Below are positions 12,319 through 24,929 of a stretch of DNA of 64,000 nucleotides, piece by piece (the first letter of the stretch is position 1; each line of letters begins with the position of its first letter). The notes beneath the pieces are model-generated. The model had not been told where the DNA came from. It did not search any database and was given only the letters and a program-made list of their open reading frames with translations. The DNA comes from Flaccisagitta enflata (taxonomy: Eukaryota): the NCBI GenBank assembly GCA_965153355.1, contig OZ231126.1:31186001-31250000 (forward strand), in the 5' to 3' direction. Made by a program: the position numbers and the translations under genes.

Positions 12319-12832
12319 ATAGTCGCAGAAGCGTTAGATGGTCAGCGGTACCTGTGCCCTGCTTAAGTAGGTTGTGGTTGAAGTTGAGGGGGGAGCAGGG
12401 CAGCGGCCCCGAAAGGGTCGATGACTTATGCTTTCACACATATGGGGGATTTTCTCCTCCTTCTTCTTCTCCTCCTCCTTCTCCTCCTCCGCACCCCCCA
12501 TCCCCCCAACCTCCAGGCCTATATCTCAGCCTCAAGGCCCATAACCCAGCCTCGAGGTCTAAATCCAAGTCTTGAGGCTCAAATCCCTTGAGACTATGAT
12601 TAAGGCCTTGGGGTTGGGATTTGGGCCTTGAGGTTGGGATTTGGACCTCAAGACAGGGATTTGGGCCTCAAGGGTAGGATATGGGCCTCGAGGCTGAGAT
12701 ATGGGCCTGGATGTTTGGGAAAGGGGGGGGGTACAAAGGAGGAGGAGGAGGAGGGGGAGAAGAAGGAGGAGAAAATCCCCCATATGTGTGAAAGCATAGG
12801 TCGTCGACCCCTTCAGGGCCGCTGCCCAAAAA
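12319..12832 (-). mobile_element. HINE-like family B (long subterminal IRs, central 20-bp minisatellite)
   Basis: Reverse complement of 24254-24863. About 60-bp IRs GGGCAGCGGCCCCGAA...TTTTCTCC and an asymmetric 3' tail. Confidence 0.75.
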
Positions 12833-13252
12833 GGAGCAAATATTGATGGGGTTTGTTTAGGACTGGATATAGGTCTGATTAATGTTGGGGATGGGACAGG
12901 GTTAAGGGTGGGTTTGGGATGGTGTTAGAGTTAGGGGTAAAATAAGGGATACAGTATGAGTACTGTAGGAGTAGAGAAGATAAAAAGTGCAAAACAACAG
13001 CCTCAATTTATCCACTTTGAAATAAAAATAGATGGTCAGGTAACTATTTTTTTGACCCCCCGGTATCATCGACTTATGTGTGACCAAGTGGGGTACCTTT
13101 CCCTCTCAAACATGAATACAAAAATGAGTAAGGACAAAATAAGAAAAAAAGAAAAACATATTTGAAAAAGATTTAAAGAGTCACTTAAATTTGCATTTAT
13201 GGAAATAATGGGAATTCAAAAGTTAATCGTATGACCACCGATCTTAATTCAT

Positions 13253-13396
<144 letters not shown>

Positions 13397-14173
13397 ACAA
13401 GTGTATTTGCAGTGTCGGAATCGGAAATTAACTACCTTAAAATTACTTGTGTATTCATGTAAGGAACGGCATCTTTACAGGTAAAAATTCAGTTTCAAAA
13501 TGTATCACAAAGTTTCACTCATGACCCTTAAGACAGGTCTTGTTGTGTGACATCTAGCTTGAAGAATCACTGAACTTAAATTTTCAGTTTATTTCATAAT
13601 GGAAGTGTTGCATAAAAAATGCTATCTGCCCAATGCCTGTTGCTTGAAAAGGTTTTTTTCTTGCACGTGCATGCAAGTTCATGGCCTCTTTGAAAATCAG
13701 ATGTCGTATTCTATTTAGTGATTTTTTTGACAGAGCCAGTCGGGCTCGCTTCACGCATTCAGAGCCCGACGGGAATACCATGAGCCCGGTAAATACTGTT
13801 TTGCTAAATTTCAAATCATATCAGCCTGTATTTGTAATAATATTTACTGATTAGATGATGCAATGATATGATTATCACTCATTGCACGATTCAATATGTG
13901 AAATGCTAGAAAAATTAATAAAAAAATTTAGACCGTTTTACTCTATCAACTTGAGCGCTTCAAATCCATCTCAATGACAGAGAGCCTGCCAGGCTCAGTG
14001 CTCGCAAATTATGAGAGCCCCAGAGCAAAACAGAGAGCATCGGTCTCGCGGCCCGCTCTAAATTCAGGCCTGCTGATTAAGCCATTGAAACTCGTAAAAA
14101 CATATTAACATTCTAGGTTGTTAGAAAGCTCTTGGAAAATACTTTCATTTGGCGCCTATCTGTTATTTCTATC

Positions 14174-14354
14174 TTTTAAGTCGCGTGTACGCGACTCTAT
14201 GACCCACTCTGTCCGTCTGTCGGCCCGCCTGTTGGTCGGTCGGTCCATCGGTCGGTCCGTCACGCTTAGCTACTTTTCGCCGTTTTACGTCGTTTTAAGT
14301 CATTTTAAGTCATTTTGCATTTTGTCTTTTAGTGTTGACGACCGCACGCGACTT
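14174..14354 (+). mobile_element. DINE-1/HINE-like element, family A, with two TAAGTCATTT decamer seeds
   Basis: AGTCGCGTGTACGCGACT hairpin, GTCY tract, GCACGCGACT subTIR. Confidence 0.7.
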
Positions 14355-14653
14355 GGAGGTGTGTGTCGTTTGGAAATGGCATTAGTTTGAGTTAGAAACT
14401 TTGCTTATTTCATTTTTGCAGTTGTATAAAAAAAATTGCATTTTAGCAAAATGATCTCTAGCTCCTAAACGGTTAAAGATACAGACCTGGGATTGGTCTA
14501 GAATGAAAGATCTTATGTAAATCTTTGAAATCAGTATGTCTGATCAATGTTTTTGGAAATTTTTAAACCAGTTTTATTAACACATACTAAGGTGCGTCCT
14601 TCTTTTTAAATTCGCGTAGTAATCTCAAGTCTAGACGAGATCTACTGTAAATA

Positions 14654-14829
14654 AAGTAGGACCCCGCCTCATCGGTCCCATTGGGACTGAAGATTTTTCA
14701 CCTTTATCTCAGGGTAACCTCTAAAGAGAGGTGAAATCACATTAAAAACTACCATTTGGGACCTCAAATTGTTGACCTTTATTGATGGGGAACCTTTAAA
14801 AGCAAGGCTGTTATTGCGGGGTTCCACTG
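14654..14829. mobile_element. pogo/Tigger-like MITE (second copy at 23669-23843)
   Basis: TA|(A)AGTAGGACCCCGC ... GCGGGGTTCCACTG|TA; highly similar to 23669-23843. Confidence 0.75.
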
Positions 14830-15075
14830 TATGTGGTTACTAGGGAAAAGCCGCATTTGCCTGTAAACGTATTTCACCTCGCTTCTGAGTGGCTCCTCAT
14901 CTGCAGAACAATAAAACACCAAAAATATGGCAAAGAAAAGTCAAGACGGATTTTATTCAAACAAATTTCAAGTACTTTTGGGGAAGGAAATTATACATAA
15001 AAGGCCAAGTAAAAGTAAACAAAGCTCGTAAACTTTATCGTTCTTAATGCATTCAATCGTCCCTGTTTACTTTCC

Positions 15076-15563
15076 TTTTGGGCAGCGGCCCCGAAGGGGA
15101 CGAAGTCCTGTAGAACACAGGGGACTTTCGTTTGTTTGTTTGTCCGTTCGTTCGTCCCCCCCAGGCCCTCTCTGGCCTAAAATTTGCCCTCTCAGGCCTA
15201 AAATCTACCCTCTCAGGCATTGAATCTGCCCTCAGAGGCCTGAAATTTGTCCTCTCAGGCCAGAAATCTGCCCACTCAGGCCTAAAATCTGCCCTCCCAG
15301 GCCTAAAATCTGCCCTCTCAGGCCTTGAATCTGATTTCAGGCCTGAGAGGGCAGATTTTAGGCCTGAGTGGGCAGATTTCAGGCCTGAGAGGGCCTGGGG
15401 GGGGCGGACAGATGGACGGACAGACAAGCCAACGAAAGTCCCCTGTGTTCTACAGGACTTCGTCCCCTTCGGGGCCGCTGCCCTGCCTCTCATTCCGAGT
15501 TACAACCATGCGAAGCAGGGCAACGGGTATCGCTGACCATGTATTGCCCTTGGGCGACCTGTT
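15076..15563 (+). mobile_element. HINE-like family B (21-bp minisatellite subfamily)
   Basis: About 50-bp IR GGGCAGCGGCCCCGAAGGGGACGAAGTCCTGTAGAACACAGGGG. Inverted arrays of AGGCCTAAAATCTGCCCTCTC. 3' tail with GCCC-TT-GGGC hairpin then GACCTGTT. Second copy at 52398-53046. Confidence 0.75.
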
Positions 15564-15866
15564 ATATCAATGGAATCGTGATTCTTATCGGAAAGCTATT
15601 GAAATAACCCTAGGAACAAATGATATCTTTTGAATTTGAAAATGAAGTCCGAGCAAATTTCATTGACGCAAGTTGAGCCGACTCGGGCTTTTATCTTTTT
15701 TTGTGCTTTTAAGCGGGTAGTGAATTATGGTTAGGGGTTGGGTCAGGGATGAGGTTTGGATTAGAGATATGGGATAGAGCTTGAGTCGGGTTGGGTTCTA
15801 AACTTCTATGATAGGTGGAACAACATCCCTCACTATACCCAAACTAAAAAAAATGAAAGAAGGCTT

Positions 15867-16411
15867 TGTGAGCCCTCACTGACTAGTTACCACGCGCATC
15901 ACTCCTAGTTTTCAAAAAAACAGAATCTAAATAACAATCTAACCCAAAAAAATCCTGCCCAAGTTTGCCTGAATTAAAGCATTGCCCCAACGGAATTTTC
16001 GGGAAAAAACAAGTGCAATACTATTCGTTGCGTACCGGCGGACTTAAAAACCGACGTACTGACGGGCGGGGGCTGGCAAACTGACAGGCCTCAAAGAGAG
16101 GTGCTTTGGTGCAGAGGTCCCCAGTACACCACGCTATGTATCAAATTCATAGAGGGAGAAAAGAACAAATGAACAGGTGATGTCACTTCTTGGAAGTCGG
16201 AGTACCATGTACCTTGGATTGGAAAGTCCGGCGGTTGCATTAAACTTGACCTCGATTCTATCCTCTAAGGCTATGGTCAGTTGGTCACTGCCCTAACTAT
16301 TTTTGGTAAGCAGTTTGCTTTTGGGTTAGATTGAGAATGAATGCTTTTCAGATTCAGTTTTATGGAAAACTAGGAGTGGTGCGCGTATTAACTAGTCAGT
16401 GAGGGTTCACA
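15867..16411. mobile_element. MITE-like element with ~90-bp TIRs, superfamily unclear
   Basis: TGTGAGCCCTCACTGACTAGTTA... / ...TAACTAGTCAGTGAGGGTTCACA. No convincing TSD. Confidence 0.65.
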
Positions 16412-16794
16412 GATGGACAAAGCCTCTTAAAGAGTTGCGTGTCCGCAACTGAAGACAACAATTAAGTTTTTGCAAAGAGATTTAAACGTTGAGAATGTAC
16501 CTCGAAAAACCTTTTAGTGATACAGTTAAGCTTCACTAGAAGGCATCTCAAGGGACCGGTTGATTTTATGCCTTCTAGGCGGGGTTCCTTATAGCCGAGC
16601 ATGTATATTTCTGCACCACACTGAACACATAAAGTTCAAATATGCGTTACTTATTCTATCTATTGGTTTGATACACAATCAAATAGGCTTAGATGGAAGC
16701 TTGGAAGTGGTAACAAAAAGAATTTAAATGTTTCTTAACTGTGATTGTAAACAGTCCTACTGTTTTCATTATTTATTAACTAGCCAGCCACCTA

Positions 16795-17391
16795 ACTATA
16801 GCAAAAATAAAAATGGGACAAAATGTTTTTTAGTGTTTGATATTCATGAAATAGGGAAAACATAGGAAAATCCATGACCATTTGAAAGCTCTGCGAAAGA
16901 TCTTCAAAATGAGACCATGCCGGTTGTCTTAGCTTTATTCGTTTAGAAATGACTTAAAAATAAAGAATAGATGGTCATGAGTGTAAAAGTAAAGTTGAAA
17001 AAGTTGAACGTTATTGTTAGTTTATAAAAGAAGATACAAAAAAAAACTATTTGACTTTTTTCTCCAAGATGATCTTAAAGATTTTCAAATTTTCTTTCAT
17101 TCTAGACCAATCCCAGGTCTGTATCTCAAACCGTTAAGAAGTTAGAGCTCGTCAAAGTGAACTACTTCTTTTCAAAACCTTTAAAATTCAATTGGATCGC
17201 AAAAATGAATATGGCAATGTTTTCATTTATTCTTGTGCCATTTCTAAATGAATAAAGCTAGAATGACCAGCAATGTCGCATTTGAAAGATCTTTTGCAGA
17301 GCTTTCAAACGGTCATGGATTTTCTATGGTTTAAGCTTTCAGCTCAGCAAAAATCAGCAAAATAAGTTGTCCCGTTTTTTTTTTCTATAGT
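16795..17391. mobile_element. TA-flanked MITE with ACTATAG-A-tract termini
   Basis: TA|ACTATAGCAAAAATAAAAATGGGACA ... TGTCCCGTTTTTTTTTTCTATAGT|TA; inverted arms of about 160 bp. Confidence 0.75.
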
Positions 17392-19219
17392 TAACTTAGC
17401 ATGAACGTGGGTAGATGAGTGACTTCAGAGCTTAAGAGATATGGAAAGATCTCCATAACACAAATTCATGGTGAGGGTTGTATTTATTTCCAAGAAAGAC
17501 TCTGTTGAAGGTGACAGTGTGAAATGATGTTGAAGATGACAGTGTGAAACGATTTAAAAGAAAGAAAGAGTAGTGTATCATTTTCATTTTGAAACTAGCA
17601 TGATAGCGACCATTCTTAGACCTGTTACTCTAAAAGTAGTAAGGGGACACCTAATTCAAATATCGTGATTATTATGTATTTTTTGGTCAATTCACACTTA
17701 TACACACTTAATAAGATGATTTAGGTCGATCGCTACCTACAGATTGCACTTTTGAGCACAATAAGCCTGCAAAAATGATGCTAGTTTTGCCTCAGACTAA
17801 TCGTTGATGACATGTCTTCACGTTTTAGGCCATATCTCATACATTTTTTAAGATAAATATAAAAAATTGGTGACCAAAATGAAGAGTTTTTTCAGACAAA
17901 TCGACTGGTACCTTTGGCGCGAATATTGGTCCAACCGTTCAAAAGTTATTTCTTTCTAAAGGCAAAAAATGCAAATATTGCAATTTTCAGTACACAATTG
18001 ATGATTAGCTGAAATTTTTTAAGCTAACTGCTGGAACATGACCACCGCTAGAGAATGTATGATACCAAGAGCAGTTTCTCACAAAAAATTTGGATCAGGT
18101 ATACATAAAAACAAGTAAAAACTAATGATAATGTTAGCACTATGTCCTTGCGTTTACAATGGTGTAATACTTTTTAGGAATTCCAATGCAGATCTGGCCA
18201 TGCAAGCTTGACATCAAAAAATTGATAATTTCAATATAAATCTTTAATTTTTCAGATTCGACTTTATAAATACACATAATCGTGTTTATCATGTCATGAG
18301 CTCTCAAACGATATGCTGCACTATGTATTTTGTTGGAAAAGAAAACAATTTATGAACTATTTAGTTTTTTGTTGGACTTACCTTATCGGCTGCAGCATGT
18401 AAACCTTTTCGCGCGCAAGAAAATCTACCACCGCGAAGCAGCCAATTTTACTCAAACAAACTTTACAAATGCACGAATGGTAGGAGGTGAGCGCATTGAC
18501 CGATTTTGATGAAATTTGAGATATAGGCCCTTCTTGGTCTCCTCTTTCATATATATTTGAAACTCGCAGATGCACGCATAATGAGATCCGCTTCCACTTT
18601 GTCGAAGTTGAGGCTCATTTTGAAAGTTTCCTGGGATCACGTAAACCATTTTTATCCCGGTTTTTTATGATTTCTTGATGCTATATGATGTAATCTGACA
18701 TGCTTTAGCATATTTAGCATTGATAATAGCTCATTGCTTGACAATAAACACTTTTTATCATTTATCTAAGCTATTTTCGGCGCAGAAAGTTCGCGTTTTT
18801 CAACGATTATCTTACACGACCTGGCTGAGCGTCGTGACCGGTCGCTACTAAAAGGTAAAATGTGGTTCAGAATGTCATCTCCACGCCAACATGGCATCAT
18901 CGATCTTTTTTGGCATGGATTCATTGGCTAATCGACTTTTCACTCTTCTTCTTCTTCATCATTTCCCTCCTCTTCCCTTCATTTCTCTTAGTTTCCCCGT
19001 GTTTCTTTGAACTCCTCTAATCATCGGTTCTCCTCTTTTTCATCGACATTGGTATACCTCTTGAACGTGATCGGTATTCCTCTTCACCACAGCCATAGCT
19101 CTCATCGGTATTTCTTTTCCATTTTTTTCCTTCTCTTCCACCCTTCGTTTATCCACCTCGTCATTCTAAAAAACACTTTGCTTGTCAGATGCCTTCAAAG
19201 CGGGCAAAATATCTACCAG

Positions 19220-20772
19220 CTAGGCCAACACCTATAAGTCGCCTGCAGGACATAAATAGCTTAAGATGACTTAAATTGAGTTTAAATGACTCAAGGTGAC
19301 CTGAAATGACTTAAAATGACTTTAAATGACTAATGACCATATTGACTTTAGTGACTTAATTGGGGAAAAAGTCTAAGTCAGTCTTCGACTTTTTGACATA
19401 TTCGAGAGAAACAGGGTTTTCATTTTCTTATGGGAAAGTTTCGGAACTCAATTGAACCAATGTGGCCTCCGATGAAATTGAAAGGGTAAGTAAATTTGAT
19501 AATTCTCTTTCATTTGGCGCCAAGCAGAATGCTCTACGGCAAATATTTTTTGCGCTATGAATTTTTAAAGATTTATTTACGATAAATTCAATTTGATTTT
19601 TTTTAATTTTTTTATGATATTAAGTAGGATCAATAAAAGAGTCTACTTAAGTTTGTTTGAGCATGTAAATATAAGAAAACATGTTTATAGGCATAACTGC
19701 TCATCTGTGTGGGTGTTTTGGAGCATTTTAGCTCATTTAGCTCATTTAACTCAGTCTTTTATTTTCTGATTTTAAATGTGACAAATAAATAAATCTTTTA
19801 ATACATATTTAACCAAGCAGCTATAAGAAAGCATGTCAGAGAGCAGAGCTGCTCATCTGTAAGCGTGTTTTAAAATGATTTAGCTCATTTAGCTCATTAA
19901 GCTCAGTTTTTTTTCTGATTTTTAATAGGATAGATTCTTTAATCGAGCATGCAAGTACAAGAAAGCATTTCAGTGAGCATAGCTGAATATCTGGTTGAGT
20001 GATTTTGAGTATTTTAGCTCAAAATAACTCATTTGACTCATTTCTATTTTTCTCTGATTTTCATTGCAATCAATACATACAATTGTTTTTGATTTGATCT
20101 AACAAATAAAAAAAACTACAGGGACTGAAGATAAAATCTTGGTGAAAAGGGACAAATGCTTACGACTTTTTTCCTCACGGCGACAGCCGCCATTACTGGT
20201 ATAACTTGATATGACTCAAAATGACTGGGATTTGAGCCTTGAGGCTGGGATTTGAGCCTTGATACTAGGATTAGGGCCTCTAGACTAGGATTTGAGCCTC
20301 GAGGCTGGGATTTGGGCCTCAAGGCTGGGTTTTGAGCCTCGAGGCTGGGATCTGAGCCACGAGGCTGAGATTTGAGCCTCCAGGCTAAGTTTGAGCCTCC
20401 AGGCTGAGTTTGAGCCTCCAGGCTGGGAGTTGAGCCTCCAGGCTGGGATTTGAGCCTCCAGGCTGGGATTTGAGCCTTGAGGTTGGGATTTGAGCCTTGA
20501 GGCTAGGATTTGAGTCTTGAGGCTAAGGTTTGAGCCTTGAGGCTGGGATTTGAGCCTCAAAGCTAGGATTTGGGCCTCGAGGGGGGGGGTACACTGGAGA
20601 AGAAGGAGAAGGAGAAAATTCCCCTGTGTGAAAGCATAGGTCATTGGCCCCTTTGGGGCCGTTGCCCAAAAGGGGACCAACCGACCGACCAACCGACTGA
20701 CCAACTGACCGACCGACCAACCGACCAACGGACCGACAAAGTGGGGTGTCGAGTGGCGTAACACGCGACTAG
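19220..20772 (-). mobile_element. Nested cluster: HINE family A containing a TIR MITE (19361-20177) and a truncated HINE family B (20224-20671)
   Basis: A-type 5' end at 20772, degenerate 3' end near 19220. AAATGACTT-like decamers flank the MITE (TGGGGAAAAAGTC / GACTTTTTTCCTCA). 20-bp array at 20224-20580. Confidence 0.6.
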
Positions 20773-21105
20773 AAATCCCATTTTTCATGCGCTATAGTGA
20801 AGTTTGCCCAAAAGGCGGGTGCCTTATATGCGGAAATTATCAACAAAGGAATAAAGAGAGAGAAAAGTTGGGACTTCCCAAATTATGCCTTGATGCGAGG
20901 GATGCCTTATTAGAGGGTGCGCTCTAGTGTTGCTAAACTGTATGTAGAATGGCACAAACATATAAATTGGGTTGCCATTGAAGACGACTATAGCCGATTG
21001 AAAAAAATCATAAACCTGGGATTTCTTTTAATTGTTCTTTCGATTTTTGCCCTTCTTTTCTTTTTCTTTGCACTCTCAACTTCGGCAATTCAAACTAGCA
21101 AACTA

Positions 21106-22081
21106 ACTATGGCAAAAAAAAAAACCGAACAACTTTTGAGAGAGCAAAAAAGTATGAAGATGTTGACCAATTTGCCTAAAATTTACAGTGAATGATAACC
21201 ATGATATGGACTGTGTCTGGTTAAAATTTCATCAAAATCCGTTGAAAACTTTAGCCGTTATCACGTTTTTACTGAAGTCACCTCTTTTTTTGACTGCCAG
21301 AGATGACGTTTATCCTAAATCAAAATTTTACCATTTTTAGTAAAATTGGCATTGTGCAAAAAGTTTTGGGAGTTTTGTCATGATTTTTGAACTGTAGTCT
21401 GATGGTAATATTTACTAATACTAGGCAAAATTCGCATCTACTCAGATAAAGTCTAGTGGGGTAGATATTGGTTGATTGTAAGCTTGCTCAGGATAAGAAA
21501 TATTCTGCTACCTGTTAGAATATTTTTGCAATTTGGGGGACTAAAAATGCTTCAATCTTCACAAAAATTTTACTGGAGATGAATCATATGTACAAAAGTT
21601 ACCAGTTAAAAAATCATGATAATTGGTAAAAAACTCTGGCCTTAGCATTGATTTATATTTCAGATTTCATCTTCATTTACTTCATTCTAAAAACCACAAA
21701 AAAAGTTTTAGAAAACTTGCTGTTTCTGCTAAAATAATTGGAGTTTTGTAATGAAATTTTTATCACAGCCTGCTAACACTGTGGTTTACTTCCACTTAAA
21801 ATTTCATCAAAATCGGACTAGATTTAATATGGTTTTTTTAAGTTTGTTTATTGATTCTTAGTAAATTCTTTTGGGTGTACATTGAATTTCTGATCTTCTG
21901 ACAAGCACTTTTAAAAAAAATCTATAATTCTCAAATTATTTAGAGCAGGTCATTGATTTTTTCAGTGATGCTTAATGATACTAAAAAGTAACTTCAGTAA
22001 AAATTTCAGCACACTGAGTGAATATTCAAAGGATTTATGAGCAATAGAAGTAACTGTTCGGTTTTTTTTTTTTGCCATAGT
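21106..22081. mobile_element. TA-flanked MITE with ACTATGGC-A-tract termini
   Basis: TA|ACTATGGC(A)nCCGAAC ... GTTCGG(T)nGCCATAGT|TA; internal AAAATTTCATCAAAATC subrepeats. Confidence 0.8.
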
Positions 22082-22501
22082 TAGCAACATATTAGTTACC
22101 TTTGAGATCATTTGTTAATTAGTTTGCCGATATGGCTATTTTTTAATCGAATTATTGTTCAGTTGAATCTCGCACTTGCTGGTGCTCTTACTAACATGCT
22201 CAGTAATCACCCAAGCCTCTTTTTTTTTGCCTGAAAATCAAAAGGAAAAAAATCATTTCAACCCCACAAAAAATCGAATAACAACTTAAGAAATCGGTTT
22301 GTGGGCGAGCTTTACTGTTGTTTAGGGCCTTTTACTGCCTAATCAAAGCTATCCCAGGCTTGTACAGGTAATGATTGATGCCAAGGGAGATGAGCAAAAG
22401 TATCACTCATATTCTTTGTTATGTCATTGTATTCTTCTTTGTCTATCAGATTGCAAATCCCACTGCGATCATTTTTTTCCACGATAGTACATAATTTGAC
22501 A

Positions 22502-22702
22502 TTTTTAGTCGCGTGCTACGCGACTCTACACCCCGCTTTGTCGGTCCGTCCGTCGGTCCGTCCGTCCGTCCGTCACACTTTACTTTTTTTGGGTTTTTGC
22601 GGTTTTTGGCCTCACTGCTCCTGCCCAAATGATGGAGTGACCTCAATTATGGCCCCTGCCCACCCGCACGCGACTGGGGTAGCCGTATATCCGGCCTTGT
22701 TT
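22502..22702 (+). mobile_element. Complete DINE-1/HINE-like element, family A (reference copy)
   Basis: T-run, subTIR AGTCGCGTGC + partial IR ACGCGACT, (GTCC/G)n, 3' subTIR GCACGCGACT, stem-loop GCCG-TATATC-CGGC, CTTGTT end. No TSD. Confidence 0.8.
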
Positions 22703-23668
22703 CCAACAAATGCTGATAGTCTGTCAGCGGCGTATGTAAAAAAAAATGTTTTTTTCTTTTTCATCAAATGCACTAAATCCGAGAGTTTCCCTGGCCAAAA
22801 TGGTAAAGTTCTATACCTTACAACTCTACAGCTACAGTTTTGATAGATCGGAGCCCTTTCATCAATTTCATTTTTCTTCTGTAATTTCATTTTCCCAAAT
22901 TTCCACTCCTTCCCCTTCATAATCTTAATCAGACATTTTCTGTATCCCAACACCGGGGGCGTCCAAGGATGCCCTGCATGCCCCACCTGGTCGACCACTA
23001 TTGTTGGCTTTCCACGTCATTCTGAATGACTCGGATTGTTGACTAGATATCCTGACAGATCTATGCGCCACAATTAAGAGAAGCCTCGTCATTAAAATTT
23101 ACTCACAAGGTTTAATTTCAAACTTGACAAGAAATCTGATCCATTCTTACTGAGATGTTTTAGTGGGCTTACCATTATGAATAAAAACAAGTGAAGCGGG
23201 GTCAAAATATAATTGCAGACAGGTTGGCAGGGGCGTATCCAAAACACTTGATTTTCCACTTTTCGACTTGATCAGTACCGACGTACCAACATACCAATGG
23301 ACCGACAGACCAACAGACAAGCCTCTTATAGAGTTGCGTGTCCGCGACTAATAAGTTCCAAGTAAAACAAGGCTGGATACACGGCCAACAAGTAGCTTGC
23401 GTATGGATAGGGGCAGTAATGCGGGTGGGTAGGGGCAGTAATTTCTGAAATATCGCAATTTTAGTTTATTTTGTGTCATTGAAATTTTTGTTTGAGCCAA
23501 CATGCATTTTTTTTTAAAGAAAGACGTGCCATAAAGTGGTTGTTGACACTTGATTGTCTCATAAACGCCCATTGCCCAACCCAACTGGTGATGGGTTTGG
23601 ATCATTATTGCCAATTTTTGGCAATTCACAAAATGCATTACTAATACTAGACAAAGTATTTCAGTATA

Positions 23669-23843
23669 CAGTAGGACCCCGCCTCATCCGTCCCATTGGG
23701 ATTGAAGATCTATCGCCTTTATCTCAGGGTTATCTTTAAAGAGAGGTGAAATCACATTAAAACTACCATTTGGGACCTCATAATGTTGACCTTTAGTGAT
23801 GGGAAACCATTAAAAGCGAGGCTGTTATTGCGGGGTTCCACTG
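23669..23843. mobile_element. pogo/Tigger-like MITE
   Basis: TA|CAGTAGGACCCCGC ... GCGGGGTTCCACTG|TA. Confidence 0.78.
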
Positions 23844-24253
23844 TACTCCATTCAGTTTACAATATCATACAGTGTGCTATGCTGGTCCATCCGTTCCAAT
23901 GCAGATTCGAGGATTTGATAAACAAGGCCGGATACACGGCTACTCTAGTCGCTTGCGGGTGGGCAGGAGCAGTGCTGGATAAGGTCACTAGGGCATCTGG
24001 GCAGTAGGCTGGTTACCTGAAGGGTGAATTTGGCTCAAAATTTAAAATTCCTCCGCCATCTAACCATACATTCTAAGCGGCATTTGGGCAGTAAATCAGA
24101 CAAGCAAAGGTCGGTAGTTGATCAAGAAACCCGCACGGCAACACAATGGTAAAGCATAGGAAACCAATTTTACGCCCATTGTAACTCTATAATGTTGCCG
24201 ACTTGCCGTGCGGGTTTTCTTTCCAGATACCGATCTCCGCTGGTCTCAATCCC

Positions 24254-24863
24254 TTTTTGGGCAGCGGCCCCGAAGGGGTCGATGACCTATGCTTTCACAC
24301 ATATGGGGGATTTTCTCCTTCTTCTTCTCCTTCTTCTCCTTCTACGTCCCCCCCCTCAAATCCCAGTCTCAAGGCCCAAATTCCAGTCTCGAGGCCCAAA
24401 CCTCAGTCTTGAGGCCCAAATCCCAGCCTCAAGGCCCAAATCATAGCCTCAAGGCCTAAATCCTAGCCTGGAGGCCCAGATTTCAGTCTTGAAGCCCAAA
24501 TCTCAGCCTTAACATCAAAATCTCAGCCAAGAGGCCCAGAATCCAGCCTTGAGGCCCAAATTTCAGCCTCCAGGCTAGGATTTGGGCCTGGAGGCTGAGA
24601 TTTGGGCCTTGAGGCTGGGATTTGGGCCTCGAGACTGGGATTTGGGCCTTGAGACTGAAATTTGGGCCTTGAGACTGGGATTTGAGGGGGAGGGACAGAG
24701 AAGGAGGAGGAGGAGAAGGAGGAGGAGAAAATCCCCCATATGTGTGAAAGCATAGGTCATCGACCCCTTCGGGGCCGCTGCCCTGCTCCCCCCTCAACTT
24801 CAACCACAACCTACTTAGGCAGGGCACGGGTACCGCTGACCATCTAACGCTTTTGCGACTATT
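24254..24863 (+). mobile_element. Complete HINE-like family B element (20-bp minisatellite subfamily)
   Basis: Near-perfect ~60-bp subterminal IRs, inverted arrays of AGGCCCAAATCCCAGCCTC-type 20-mers, 3' tail ending CGC-TTTT-GCG ACTATT. Confidence 0.8.
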
Positions 24864-24929
24864 AAATAGTACGTAGAGTGTATGGTTAGTTGGCTGAGGC
24901 GTTCTGAAATTTGACCATATTTGACCCTC

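Noticed and set aside
15053..15536. Long ORFs here and at 20285-20788, 24192-24827 and 52555-53582
   Set aside because: Translations of the 20/21-bp arrays in HINE-B elements.
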